A stretch of 64,000 nucleotides of DNA, taken from the NCBI GenBank assembly GCA_963786105.1, contig CAWAXX010000013.1, forward strand, positions 32,001 through 96,000. The letters run 5' to 3'. This DNA comes from Vulcanimicrobiota bacterium. GTDB taxonomy: Bacteria; Vulcanimicrobiota; Vulcanimicrobiia; Vulcanimicrobiales; Vulcanimicrobiaceae. Each line of letters starts with the position of its first letter. Positions within the stretch are counted from its first letter, which is position 1. Positions 30,770 to 41,204 of the stretch are shown here, piece after piece. The translations under genes and the position numbers were made by a program. The notes under the pieces are model-generated. The model saw nothing but the letters and a program-made list of their open reading frames with translations. It was not told where the DNA came from and searched no databases.

Positions 30770-31747
30770 GTGAAAAACGTCATCGTTTACGTCGAGCACC
30801 GTCGTGGCGAAACGCGCAAAGTCACCTTCGAGATGGCCACCGAGGCCCGCAAGCTGGCCGACGCGCTCGGCGGTCAGGCGCACGCGGTCGTCGTCGGCGC
30901 AGGCGCGACGGCCCTTGCCGATCAGTTGAAAAACTATCCGCTCGACGTCGTGCACGTCAACGACGATCCGGACGTGGATACCTACCTGCTCGATCCGGCG
31001 GTCGACTACGTCGAAGCTGCGGCGCGGGTCATCGGTCCGTCCTTGATTCTCATTCCAAACACGTTGTCGGGGCGCGATCTGGCGGGACGCCTGGTGGCGC
31101 GGCTCGGAGCGGGCATCGGCGCCGACGTGACCGAGTTCAAAATCGAGAATGGGAACCTCGCGTGCGTCTCGCCGAAGATGGGTGGTGCGTTGATCACGAC
31201 GTGTGCGATCAAGCCGGCAGATTACGGCGTCGCGACGGTGCGTCCGAATGCATTTGAATCGGCCGCCGCCGGCGCTGGTGCAACCGTGCAACCGCTCGAA
31301 AAGCCGGTGGGCAAGGCGTACGTCGCGGTCATCGAGGACGACGTCGAGGAAGCCTCGGGCGAGCTGGCACTCGAGGAAGCGCCGGTCGTGGTAGCGGGCG
31401 GTCGCGGGCTTGGGGGGCCGGAACCGTTCGATACTCTGCTGAAACCCCTAGCGAGTGCACTCGGCGGCGCGGTGGGCGCGTCGCGCGCCGCAGCCGATGC
31501 CGGATGGGTGCCGTATAGCTTGCAGATCGGACAGACCGGCAAAACGGTAACGCCGAACCTTTATATTGCGATCGGAATCTCGGGTGCGATCCAACACAAG
31601 GTCGGAATGCGGTCGTCGGGCACGATCGTCGCAATCAATAAGGACGCGGCGGCCGCGATTGCGGAGTTCTCCGACCTGCTCGTCGTCGGCGACGCTTTCA
31701 AAATCGTTCCCGAACTCACCCGCCTGGTCGAAGCCGCCAAAGCATGA
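30770..31747 (+). CDS. etfA: Electron transfer flavoprotein alpha subunit
   Basis: [32 protein letters not shown]. Confidence 0.95.
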   Translation: MKNVIVYVEHRRGETRKVTFEMATEARKLADALGGQAHAVVVGAGATALADQLKNYPLDVVHVNDDPDVDTYLLDPAVDYVEAAARVIGPSLILIPNTLSGRDLAGRLVARLGAGIGADVTEFKIENGNLACVSPKMGGALITTCAIKPADYGVATVRPNAFESAAAGAGATVQPLEKPVGKAYVAVIEDDVEEASGELALEEAPVVVAGGRGLGGPEPFDTLLKPLASALGGAVGASRAAADAGWVPYSLQIGQTGKTVTPNLYIAIGISGAIQHKVGMRSSGTIVAINKDAAAAIAEFSDLLVVGDAFKIVPELTRLVEAAKA

Positions 31748-31764
31748 GCACATACAAAGGAAAT

Positions 31765-33282
31765 ATGAAACGACTCGTTCTCTCCGTCATCGTCGCGCTC
31801 GGTTGCGCGTTCGCGGCGTTTGCCGTGACGACGCCGTCGGCGCAAGCCGGTCTCTTCGGCGGTAAGGCAGCCTCCTCGCCGAGCCCATCGCCCTCCCCGT
31901 CGGCGCTGCCTACGGCGAGTCCCGAGCCTCCGAACGTCGCAATCCCGCGGCTCGAAGCGAAGCTGAAGGCGAACCCCAACGATCAGCAGGCGATGTCGGA
32001 GTTGGCAGCCCAGTTCTTGGGGATCAATCGTCCAGATCTCACCGCCCAACTCACGCAACACTTGTTGCAAGTCGGCGACAAAACCGCGCAAGTCTACTAC
32101 TACGACGGTTTCGCTCGCGAGGAACTCGGCGACCTTCGCAGCGCTACCTACGACTTGGAGCAAGCGTCGAATCTCGACCCTACCAATATGGGCGTGCTGG
32201 CACAGCTATCCGAGGTGTATCTCAAGACCAACCGTGCCGCGGATGCCGAACGCGTCGCCAAACGCTCCGTAACCTTCAACAAGACCGAGCCGCTCGCATT
32301 GATGACGCTCGGCAGCATTTATGCCGCCCAACAGAAGTACGACGACGCGCGCGTCCAATTCGAACTAGCTTACAAGTTGAATCCGAAGGATACGGCGCCG
32401 ATCTACCAGATCGCTACCACGTACGCACAACAGAACAACATTCCGATGGCGCTCCAGACGATCAACCGCGCGCTGATGGTCGATCCCAAGAGCGTTCAGG
32501 CGCTCGTGTACAAAGCCGATTTGTACGGCAAGCAGCACGACGACGCCCAGACGATCGCCGCGTACGACGACGCTATCGTCGCGGCACCCAGCGACGACCA
32601 AAAAGCGCAAATCATGGTCCGCAAAGCGAGTTACTTCTTCGGCGAGAAGAAGAATCCACAAGGTGAAGCGATTCTCCAGCAGGCGACCACGCAGTTTCCG
32701 AAGGTTGCCGGACCGTTCGTCGCATACGGCAACTACTACGCTTCGATCCATCAGTGGGACAAGGCGGCGGCCAAGCTGCAAGTCGCGCTGTCGCTCGATC
32801 CGGACAATCCGGGCGCGCTGCTTGGGATGGGCGAGCTCTCGATGCAGAGCGGGAAAGTCACCGACAGCATCGGCTACCTAAAGCACTACACTCAAGTATC
32901 GCCCGACGCGCAAGGATTCGCGCTGCTCGGCCAGGCGTATTCGCAGGCGCACAACTACGCGGGCGCCCGGGATTCGTGCGGCAAGAGTTTCGAAATTCAG
33001 CGCTCACCCGAAACGTTGAGCTGCGTCGCCGGTGCCGATTTCGAACTGAGAAACTACAAAGAGGCTGCGCAAATCTTCGACGTGCTCGACAAGAGCGCGC
33101 ATTCGTTCCTCGATCAAAATCCGACGCTGCTCTACATCGCGGCGAAATCGTATCAGGGCGCGAACCAGTGCGCGAAGGCGGCGGCCGCCTACAAGCGGCT
33201 ATTGCCGCTGATGCGCAAGGGTACGAACGATTACGCGAAGGTGCAGAAATCGGCGGCCGACCCGTGCGGCTCGAAGCACTGA
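31765..33282 (+). CDS. Secreted tetratricopeptide repeat protein
   Basis: Signal peptide, Pro/Ser linker, many TPR-like repeats (A..LDP.N). Confidence 0.88.
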   Translation: MKRLVLSVIVALGCAFAAFAVTTPSAQAGLFGGKAASSPSPSPSPSALPTASPEPPNVAIPRLEAKLKANPNDQQAMSELAAQFLGINRPDLTAQLTQHLLQVGDKTAQVYYYDGFAREELGDLRSATYDLEQASNLDPTNMGVLAQLSEVYLKTNRAADAERVAKRSVTFNKTEPLALMTLGSIYAAQQKYDDARVQFELAYKLNPKDTAPIYQIATTYAQQNNIPMALQTINRALMVDPKSVQALVYKADLYGKQHDDAQTIAAYDDAIVAAPSDDQKAQIMVRKASYFFGEKKNPQGEAILQQATTQFPKVAGPFVAYGNYYASIHQWDKAAAKLQVALSLDPDNPGALLGMGELSMQSGKVTDSIGYLKHYTQVSPDAQGFALLGQAYSQAHNYAGARDSCGKSFEIQRSPETLSCVAGADFELRNYKEAAQIFDVLDKSAHSFLDQNPTLLYIAAKSYQGANQCAKAAAAYKRLLPLMRKGTNDYAKVQKSAADPCGSKH

Positions 33283-33292
33283 AGTCTAATCA

Positions 33293-34210
33293 CTGAAGTT
33301 CGTCACCGACGCCGTCTACGGCTACCATCTTCGCGGTCTGGGGCATCCGGAGTCACCCCAGCGCGTGGAAGTGGTCGCCGCTCGTTTGCGCGCAAAGGGC
33401 GTCATCAGGGAAACGATCGGCGCGCGGGACGCAAGCGATGAAGAGATCCTTCGCGTCCACACGCCGGAATATTTGGAACTCGTCAAGCGCGAGATCGCCG
33501 AACTGCGAGGACCGCGTGAGCTTTCAACCGGCGACGTGGTCGTCGACCCGCGCTCGCTCGAGGCCGCCCGCCGGGCGGCCGGCGGGGCGATCGTCGCCGT
33601 CGAGGCCTGCATAGACGGTCGTCAGGCCGTATTCGCTTTGGTTCGCCCGCCCGGCCATCATGCCGAGCCCGGTCGCGGGATGGGTTTCTGCCTGTTTAAC
33701 AATGTCGCCGTTGCCGCGCGGGCCTATCGCGCCCGGACCGGGGGCCGGGTGCTGGTTGCCGACTTCGACTACCACCACGGCAACGGGACCCAAGCGGTCG
33801 CGGGGAACGGCCTTTCCTACGTCTCTACCCACGCTTTTCCGGCCTACCCCGGCACCGGCCGAGAGAGCTATGCGCTCGGCAGGGACGCGGTCGTCAACGT
33901 GCTGTTGCCGGCGGCGGGAGTCTCGACCGCAACCTTCGCCGATACCTGGGCGGAGCTGCTGCCCCGGGTGGCCGCGGTGGTCGAACCCGACCTCCTGATC
34001 GTGAGCGCGGGCTTCGATTACGTCGAGGGCGACCCGGTCGGCGACCTCGGCGTCGGGGTCGAGGCAGCCGGCCGCCTGGCTGCCGTCATCAAGGCAACGG
34101 CCGCCCGCCACTGCGAGGGCCGGGTCGCCTACGTACTTGAGGGCGGCTACGACCTTGACGCCATCTGCGACTCCATCCGGCAAATCGCCACAGTAAGCGA
34201 CGCTCCCTGA
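33293..34210 (+). CDS. Zn-dependent histone deacetylase family protein
   Basis: HPE, RPPGHHA, GFCLFNN, DFDYHHGNGTQ, SAGFD, LEGGY; HPE lies upstream of the first GTG, so the start is probably CTG 33293. Confidence 0.9.
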   Translation: MKFVTDAVYGYHLRGLGHPESPQRVEVVAARLRAKGVIRETIGARDASDEEILRVHTPEYLELVKREIAELRGPRELSTGDVVVDPRSLEAARRAAGGAIVAVEACIDGRQAVFALVRPPGHHAEPGRGMGFCLFNNVAVAARAYRARTGGRVLVADFDYHHGNGTQAVAGNGLSYVSTHAFPAYPGTGRESYALGRDAVVNVLLPAAGVSTATFADTWAELLPRVAAVVEPDLLIVSAGFDYVEGDPVGDLGVGVEAAGRLAAVIKATAARHCEGRVAYVLEGGYDLDAICDSIRQIATVSDAP

Positions 34211-34359
34211 CCCCCAGTTTTCCTCCTCGGATTCTCAGAGATTCCTCAAGGATGCGAAGCTGGCGTTCCGAACTAGCGTTCTCAGCGGGCCAATTAGGGG
34301 GACCCACGCGGGTTTGCCCGTTTTGGCTTGGCCACTAACAACTACCTGAGGAGGTATTA

Positions 34360-37300
34360 ATGATCCGGAGATCATTCCGGCATATCGTTACCGCTCTGGT
34401 ACTTCTCGTCGCTTTCGTCTGCCAGGGAACATGGGCACTGGCAGGCACGACGGGCGGTCTCACCGGAGCCGTAGTCGACGCCGAAACTTCTGCACCGGTA
34501 GCGGGAGCGCAAGTAACGGTGGCTAGTCCATCGCAAACTGCTACCCAAAGTACCGATGCACTCGGTCACTACGTCTTTCTGACGCTTCCGCCAGATACGT
34601 ATACGGTGACCGTCGCAAAGGGCGGCTACCAGTCGCTTAGTGTTCCCGGTCAGACCGTTTTCGCCGATACCCGGCAGACCCTGACCGTCCGTTTGATCAA
34701 GGAACTCAGGACCATCGCCCACGTCGCCGCCATCGGTGCGGGGACGCTCGTTAAGTCCGGTACGACGGCCGACGTGTATTCGGTCAACGCCGCAGCGCAA
34801 AAGGCTGCTTCGGCGCTTGGCGGCGGCGGATCGTTGAACTCGGCCTATTCGGCCGTCGCCAGCGTTCCGGGTGCCTACGTTCCGGCTAACCAAACGGGGT
34901 ATTTCCAAACCGTCACGATTCGCGGCGGCGACTACGACCAAGTCGGCTACGAATTCGACGGCGTCCCGGTCAACCGGTCGTTCGACAACTACCCGTCGAG
35001 CTCGGCATCGTCACTCGGCAACGCCGAGGTGCAGGTGTACACCGGTGCTAACCCGGCCAACTCCGAGAGCCAAGGTCTCTCGGGCTACATTAACCAGGTC
35101 ATCAAGACCGGCACGTATCCCGGCTACGCACAAGGGCAGCTCGGTATCGGCACGCCTCAGTTCTACCATCGAGCGATGGTAGAAGCCGGCGGCGCTACGC
35201 CCGACCGTCTGTTCTCGTACTACGTCGGCGTTGCCGGTTACAATCAGGACTTCAACTACGTCGACAATCAGAACGGCTCCAGCTACGACAACTGGGTCGG
35301 CGCACCGCTGGCTCCCATCGGCAACATCAGCTACGCCGGAGGCACGCAGTACGCGATGGGACCGTTCAACTACGCGCTTCTTTCCAACATCTCTGCGCGC
35401 GACGCGGTGGTGAATTTCCACATTGGAATTCCGCATCACAACGATGCCGGTCGTGACGACGTTCAGCTGCTGTGGGACAGCGAATCGCTCCACAACAACT
35501 TCTACTCGACGACGAACGACATCACGTCGACGACCGGTTGTAGTAACGTCACTTCCGGCGCGCAGTGCGCCAACAACATCGGATTGGGCCAACCGCTCTA
35601 TCTCGACGGCTACCTTCTGAACTCGCAGAGTTCCGTCGGAAAGCTGTTCACGGCGGGCCAGCTCAACGCGCTGGGAAGCACCGTCAGCCCGTATTTCTAT
35701 CCGAACAGCAATGGCCGGACGGCGCCGTTCATCAACTGCGCCGTAGGACTCGCTCCCGCCACTGCGTGCGCGATTCCGAACACGGCCAGCGACACGATCT
35801 GGAATAACCAGGAAATCGTGAAGGTGCAGTATACGAAGAACTTTGGTTCTACTTCGTTCTTCCGTATCTACGGCTACACGTACTACAGCGACTGGCTCCA
35901 GAACGGGCCGCAGTCCACGTACGCGGACTACGCCGGTTGCTGTTCTCCCGACTACGAGCTGACCTCGCACACCCGCGGTATCAGCGCGTCGTATCAAAAT
36001 CAGTTCAACGCGCAGAACCTCTTGAGCGCGCAAGTCTCGTACGTTACCGCGAACAGCGTTCGCGACAACAACACGCAGATGGTGAACTTCGGCGGCGCAC
36101 GTAGCTACGCCGCAGTGGCGGTAAACGCCGCCGATCCGTACGGCGGTTATTGTTACAATCCCGCCGGACAGCTGTGGACCTGCGCCAAGGGCGGGGGAGC
36201 AACTTGGGCGACGTGGGGCAACCTCGGCTCTCCGGGCATCTTCGGACCGGCTCCGTCTCTTCCGGGCCGCTGTCCGGATCCGAACGTCAGATCGACGCAG
36301 TGCACCTACTTGCTGGCCGAGAATAGCTCTTATGCCACGTACAACCAAGTCGTTCCGAAGTTCTTCTCGGCATCGTTGACCGACGAATTTCGGCCGAGCG
36401 ACCGGTGGTTGATCAACCTCGGCGTTCGTCTGGATAGCTTCACGTTCGAAGGCTCGAACACGGACAGTGGCGCCGCTCGTAACTTCTTCACCAACGCTTT
36501 CAACATCGACAACTGCGTGAACAACATCACCGGACATCCAACCAGTAAGGCCGCGCTCGGCATCACCGATCCGAGGATGCCGTGTCCTTCGGGTTATTCG
36601 CGAGCGAACTTTACCAACACAGCGGCGAACTTCACGTACAACATCTACCAGCCGCGCATCAGCGGAACGTACACGGCGGATCCTTCAAACGTCATCCGCT
36701 TCTCGTACGGCCGCTACACGGAAGCGCCGAACTCGGCGTTCGAGCAGTACAACACGCTCCAGAACGACCTGGCGGATTACGTCGGCCAGAACTTCTATCA
36801 GTACGGCCGCACGTCGCCGGGTTACCCGATCGTTCCCCCGACCTCGATCAACTATGACATCTCGTGGGAACACCACTTCAAGGGAACGGACATGTCGTTC
36901 AAGCTGACGCCGTATCTCCGGCAGACGCAGAACCAGATCCAGCTGTTCTTCCTCGACCAGAAGACGGCGTTCGTTTCCGGTCTGAATGCCGGCGACCAGC
37001 GCAGCCAAGGTTTCGAGTTCCAGTTCCAAAAGGGTGACTTCTCGCGGAACGGTTTCGCGGCTGTTCTCTCGTTTGCGTACACGAACTCGTACATCCACTA
37101 CGGCTCGCTACCGTCCGGTCAATACGGAACGTCCATCATTGCCGGCACGAACCAGGTCATCTCGGCGTACAACGCCTATACCAAGGCGTGCGCTCCGGGC
37201 GGCAAGTATGTCGGTCAGATTGGGCCCAACCGTCTCCCACTTTGCGGCGCCACGAGCTCGGGAGTTGCGGCGGCTCCGTGTTACACCACGGCCGGCGCTC

Positions 37301-38034
37301 CGGTCTATACCTGTACGGCAGCCGACGTCGGCAACCCGTATTGGAATAACCCGCAGCCGTTCATCGATCCGGGTACGGCCTTCCCGACCTTCAGCCTCTT
37401 CCCGGGCGGCATCGGCAGCTCGGCGGCGGCTTACGGCGTACCGTATGCGGCGTCGCTGATCCTAAACTACAAGCACGACAAGTGGGCAATCACGCCCTCG
37501 ATGTCGTTCTCGGCGGGCGGCAAGTACGGTTATCCGCAAAGCAACCCGGGTATCGACCCGGCTGCTTGCGGTGCCGTTCTTCCCGGCGTCAACGGGTTCA
37601 ACGGCGGTGGCCGCTACAACTCGCTGTCGTGCGGACAGCTGGCGGCGGTACCGGATACCTACACCGGCGTGTTCGATCCGCTCGGCTCGTTTACGCAGCC
37701 GAACTTCTTCGGCTTGAACCTGCAGTTGGAGTACGACGTAAGCCCGCGCCTGTCGCTGACCGGCGTATTGGCAAACCTCGTCAACACCTGCTGGGGCGGC
37801 ACGAAGGCTGCGTGGACCTCGTCCAGCGGTAACGTCTGCGGCTACACTGCAGGCGGATTCGCCGGCGCGATCCTTCCGGTCGGAAACGCTTTTAACCCGC
37901 CCGGGTTCAACGGCTCGATCGTTCAGCCGTTGGTCAAGTATCCGTATAACCCACTCTTTGGTCCATTCAACCAAGACGGAAACTCGACCAAGACTCCGTT
38001 CCAATTCTTCGTGACGGCGAACGTCAAGATCTAG
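34360..38034 (+). CDS. Large Cys-rich TonB-dependent receptor with N-terminal carboxypeptidase-regulatory-like domain
   Basis: GAGGAGG RBS; signal peptide; plug motif TIRGG...FDGVPVN; NLGVRLD and QPRISGTY barrel motifs. Confidence 0.88.
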   Translation: MIRRSFRHIVTALVLLVAFVCQGTWALAGTTGGLTGAVVDAETSAPVAGAQVTVASPSQTATQSTDALGHYVFLTLPPDTYTVTVAKGGYQSLSVPGQTVFADTRQTLTVRLIKELRTIAHVAAIGAGTLVKSGTTADVYSVNAAAQKAASALGGGGSLNSAYSAVASVPGAYVPANQTGYFQTVTIRGGDYDQVGYEFDGVPVNRSFDNYPSSSASSLGNAEVQVYTGANPANSESQGLSGYINQVIKTGTYPGYAQGQLGIGTPQFYHRAMVEAGGATPDRLFSYYVGVAGYNQDFNYVDNQNGSSYDNWVGAPLAPIGNISYAGGTQYAMGPFNYALLSNISARDAVVNFHIGIPHHNDAGRDDVQLLWDSESLHNNFYSTTNDITSTTGCSNVTSGAQCANNIGLGQPLYLDGYLLNSQSSVGKLFTAGQLNALGSTVSPYFYPNSNGRTAPFINCAVGLAPATACAIPNTASDTIWNNQEIVKVQYTKNFGSTSFFRIYGYTYYSDWLQNGPQSTYADYAGCCSPDYELTSHTRGISASYQNQFNAQNLLSAQVSYVTANSVRDNNTQMVNFGGARSYAAVAVNAADPYGGYCYNPAGQLWTCAKGGGATWATWGNLGSPGIFGPAPSLPGRCPDPNVRSTQCTYLLAENSSYATYNQVVPKFFSASLTDEFRPSDRWLINLGVRLDSFTFEGSNTDSGAARNFFTNAFNIDNCVNNITGHPTSKAALGITDPRMPCPSGYSRANFTNTAANFTYNIYQPRISGTYTADPSNVIRFSYGRYTEAPNSAFEQYNTLQNDLADYVGQNFYQYGRTSPGYPIVPPTSINYDISWEHHFKGTDMSFKLTPYLRQTQNQIQLFFLDQKTAFVSGLNAGDQRSQGFEFQFQKGDFSRNGFAAVLSFAYTNSYIHYGSLPSGQYGTSIIAGTNQVISAYNAYTKACAPGGKYVGQIGPNRLPLCGATSSGVAAAPCYTTAGAPVYTCTAADVGNPYWNNPQPFIDPGTAFPTFSLFPGGIGSSAAAYGVPYAASLILNYKHDKWAITPSMSFSAGGKYGYPQSNPGIDPAACGAVLPGVNGFNGGGRYNSLSCGQLAAVPDTYTGVFDPLGSFTQPNFFGLNLQLEYDVSPRLSLTGVLANLVNTCWGGTKAAWTSSSGNVCGYTAGGFAGAILPVGNAFNPPGFNGSIVQPLVKYPYNPLFGPFNQDGNSTKTPFQFFVTANVKI

Positions 38035-38057
38035 TCGCAACGTCTCGCAGAAAAACC

Positions 38058-38094
38058 GAGAGGCCTCCGCACCGCGGAGGCCTCTCTTCTTTTT
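38058..38094. terminator. Bidirectional intrinsic terminator
   Basis: GAGAGGCCTCCGC / GCGGAGGCCTCTC stem; T-tract after and A-run before. Confidence 0.88.
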
Positions 38095-38109
38095 GACGCG
38101 CGGGTGCTG

Positions 38110-39129
38110 CTACAGCGATGCGGCGATGCGTTGAAGTTCGTCGAGACGGAGATCGCCCACCAGCGCGAATTGCAGCGGTCCGTCGCTCCAGGTCAGCAGC
38201 GTGTTGGGTCCCTGCTCGGCGTAGCGCGCGTCGTGCCCCGAAATGCTGACCGGCTGTGGATGCAGCGGCTGCAGGTTGACGGCCACGTCACCGGTGTTTT
38301 CGAAGAGCGATACGGTGCGGATGCCGTCGGAATAGAGCAAGTGCAGCGTAGGAACGTTTTTGACCTCGATCATGTGGCCTTCGACGGGGGAAAAGCCGTC
38401 GGGCAGAAACTTGGGACCGCGCGCCGCAAATCCGGCGGAGCGCACGACTTGCGCGACGTTTTTAGACGGCTCGCCGAACGTCGGCCCTCTAACGGCCACG
38501 AACTGCTTCGGCAAACCGAAGTCGGCTTCGGGAATGTCGGCCGTGTAGCGGATGCTCTCGAAACGAACTTCGTTGACGAGCGAGCCGTCGGATGCGAACT
38601 GCTGCTTGTCGAGGACGAGCTTGCTCTGCTCGTCGATCCGCACTAGCATCGTGACGTGACTGGTATATTTGTTGATCAGCGCGACGTTGCGAACTTGGCG
38701 GCCGTCGAAGGACTCGGCCGTTTTCTTGATCGCGTGATAGTTGGCGCGCAGAAGAATGTAGTTGTCGTCGCGGGCGATCTGGTCGCTGGCGGCGTCATTT
38801 TCGCTTTGCAACACGCGATGGCGGCGGACGTCGATGAAAAAGCTTTGGTCGCCGCGGGTTACGACCGAATCGCCGCGCAGGCGCGGCGGCGACATGTAGA
38901 CTCGCTCGGTAAGGTTGGGGGCGCGGTGCTCGATGCGGTAAACGGATGCTACCGATCCTTGATTCCCTATGCTGACGTCTTCGACCGTTCCGGTATACGA
39001 TACCGTCGCCGGTGCGGTCATAGCGTCGAAGACAAAGCCGTCCGCCGGCTCGTCGTTCGGCGCCGCGCTGGCGAGCGAAAGGCTTGCCGCGAACGCTACG
39101 GCGCCCGCGAACACTTTCAAGCGGGTCAC
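38110..39129 (-). CDS. MucB/RseB-like periplasmic sigma-E regulatory protein
   Basis: Signal peptide; LolA-like N-domain; C-terminal LHLLYSDGIRTVSLFE and LVGDL; third gene of an ECF operon. Confidence 0.8.
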   Translation of the reverse strand: MTRLKVFAGAVAFAASLSLASAAPNDEPADGFVFDAMTAPATVSYTGTVEDVSIGNQGSVASVYRIEHRAPNLTERVYMSPPRLRGDSVVTRGDQSFFIDVRRHRVLQSENDAASDQIARDDNYILLRANYHAIKKTAESFDGRQVRNVALINKYTSHVTMLVRIDEQSKLVLDKQQFASDGSLVNEVRFESIRYTADIPEADFGLPKQFVAVRGPTFGEPSKNVAQVVRSAGFAARGPKFLPDGFSPVEGHMIEVKNVPTLHLLYSDGIRTVSLFENTGDVAVNLQPLHPQPVSISGHDARYAEQGPNTLLTWSDGPLQFALVGDLRLDELQRIAASL

Positions 39130-39602
39130 GGGCTCTGGTCCGACGTCAGCATCGTCGGCAAGGCCGCGCCCTCCTCGAACGGCATGGTACTCGCCAGCGC
39201 CGCGTGGTTCTCAATATAATATGCGGCATCGTTTGCATCGCTCTTTGGAGTTCCGTGCCATCCTCCCGCCATGGCGTAAATAGCCACCACGATCGCGACA
39301 ACGACGGGGACGGCGATTAGCTGGCGAGGCGTCGTCGCCAGCCGCTGCCACGACCACCAGGGGGTAACCCGCTCGCTCGACGCACGGGCGTAGATCGCAG
39401 TGGTGAGACCGGGCGGTAACTCGCGCTCCTCCTCTCGAGCGTGGCGTCGCAATAATTCGCCGAGGCGCACTTCCATATCGTGCGCTTCCGCGCAGTTGGC
39501 ACAGGCGGCCACATGGGCGTGGATGGCGGCATCTTCACGGGCGGAGAGTTCGCCGTGGACGTAGTCGACCAGTTGATCCATGGAGGGATGCTGTTGATTC
39601 AT
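39126..39602 (-). CDS. Zinc-finger (ZAS) membrane anti-sigma factor
   Basis: DYVHGEL...HVAACANC (HxxxCxxC); single TM helix. Confidence 0.88.
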   Translation of the reverse strand: MNQQHPSMDQLVDYVHGELSAREDAAIHAHVAACANCAEAHDMEVRLGELLRRHAREEERELPPGLTTAIYARASSERVTPWWSWQRLATTPRQLIAVPVVVAIVVAIYAMAGGWHGTPKSDANDAAYYIENHAALASTMPFEEGAALPTMLTSDQSP

Positions 39603-40186
39603 GATGATGGCGATTTTAAGTTCCGGGTGACGAGTTTACGAAGCTGGCTGCGAGCGCGATGCAAGCGCGACCGCACCGTACCGACCGAACAACCGACGAT
39701 TCCCGCAATCTCCGCATAGCTGCATTCCTCGATGTCCGCTAGTACTACGATTTGGCGCTGCTCGGAAGAGAGCGCGTCGAGTGCCTTCGAGACCGGTTCG
39801 CTGAGGTAACCTTCGACGTATTCATCAATAGGGTTCTCCGCCAGGGGCCGGTCGCCGGCGAAGGCCCGCGGCTCGTTGTCCTCCGGAATCTCAACAAGAT
39901 AACGTCCCTTTTGACGCCGAAGTTCGTCGCGGTGCAGATTGGTGACGATTCGGTAGATCCACGAGAGAAAAGAGGTCCCCGGCTTGAAGCTCCGCCAGGC
40001 GCGGAAGACGCGGATGAAGGCCTCCTGGGTCAGGTCGCGGGCATCGGTGTCGTTATGGGTCAGACGGAAGGCGAAGTTATAGGTCGCCTTGCCGTACTGC
40101 TCGACGGCGCGCTCTAAGAACGCCGTCTGTTCCGGAGTTGCGGGTTCGACCAGCCTGCGTGGTGCTGCCATGAGCTTACAAGCCAT
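39599..40186 (-). CDS. ECF sigma-70 factor
   Basis: DARDLTQEAFIR, SWIYRIVTN, SYAEIA, GTVRSRLHRAR; start 40186 or 40171. Confidence 0.95.
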   Translation of the reverse strand: MACKLMAAPRRLVEPATPEQTAFLERAVEQYGKATYNFAFRLTHNDTDARDLTQEAFIRVFRAWRSFKPGTSFLSWIYRIVTNLHRDELRRQKGRYLVEIPEDNEPRAFAGDRPLAENPIDEYVEGYLSEPVSKALDALSSEQRQIVVLADIEECSYAEIAGIVGCSVGTVRSRLHRARSQLRKLVTRNLKSPSS

Positions 40187-40244
40187 TTATCGCCACCCAG
40201 CCGAGCGGCCCTTCCCGCAGGGAAGCGATGCGAGTCCGTAACTC

Positions 40245-41204
40245 CTACGGCTTGGCCCATAGGATACGTGCGACGCACCATAGCGCTCCGGCCACCAGGA
40301 ACACGATGATGAAGAACAACGCCAGTTCCAGCAGTACGATGCCTGCGAACTGGCTACCGCCGCAAATGGCCACCACATTTGCGACCAGCGAGAGTTTGAA
40401 TCGTTCGAAAGGATTGCTCGAAAGCCCGGCGATGGAGCGCGCCTGAGCCAACGCCGCTTGAGGATCCCAACTGGCGGTGTCGGCGATGAAACCGATCCGG
40501 CCTTCGGAGGTCGCGATGAAGAGCTTGTCGTCGTGCAAGAAGTTGTCGGTTGAAACGCGCATCGAGCTGATGCGAAACTCGTCAAGCACCCGTTGAACGG
40601 CCGAGCCCGTGCCGGTGAGCAGCGACCATATCCGGTGGTCGGCACCGTACGCCGCACCGTACCGCTGCAAGACAGCGGGCGAATCGTAGGGCGGGTCTAG
40701 TGTAATTTCTACCAGTGCGAAGCGGGCTGGATCGAGATGCGCTTGCAAATACGCGAATTTCCCGCTGATTGCCGGGCACAGCGTCCGGTCCGGGCAACGC
40801 GAAAAAACGAACGCAACCAACGTGGTCTTTCCTTTAAATGCGCGGTCGAGTTCGACGATGCGACCGTCTTGATCCACCAAGCGGGCCGGCGGCAACGGGC
40901 TTCCCAGTTCGAGCGGAATCACGCGCCCGGGCTCCGGCAGACCGGGCGAAAACGGCCGGGCGGCGGCCGCTTCGCGCAAGCGCCACGGGCGAGTGGAACG
41001 GTCGAGAAGCGCGTCGATTTGGGTGCCGGCGGTCGCCGCGCTCGCCGGAGCGACGCGATAACGCCGGGTGGACGACGGCAAGGTTCGCGGAACGGAATCC
41101 GTGCGGACGATCGCACTTCCGTCCGACAAACGATCGAGGACGATGCCATGCACCGGTACGACGGTGAGCGCCGCGACGGCCGCAAATACGAACCCCAGCA
41201 TCAC
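40245..41204 (-). CDS. SCO family protein with extra N-terminal domain and C-terminal TM
   Basis: LVDQDGR, FSRCPDRTLCP, ITLDPPYD, WSLLTG, conserved His (FLHDD). Confidence 0.85.
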   Translation of the reverse strand: MMLGFVFAAVAALTVVPVHGIVLDRLSDGSAIVRTDSVPRTLPSSTRRYRVAPASAATAGTQIDALLDRSTRPWRLREAAAARPFSPGLPEPGRVIPLELGSPLPPARLVDQDGRIVELDRAFKGKTTLVAFVFSRCPDRTLCPAISGKFAYLQAHLDPARFALVEITLDPPYDSPAVLQRYGAAYGADHRIWSLLTGTGSAVQRVLDEFRISSMRVSTDNFLHDDKLFIATSEGRIGFIADTASWDPQAALAQARSIAGLSSNPFERFKLSLVANVVAICGGSQFAGIVLLELALFFIIVFLVAGALWCVARILWAKP

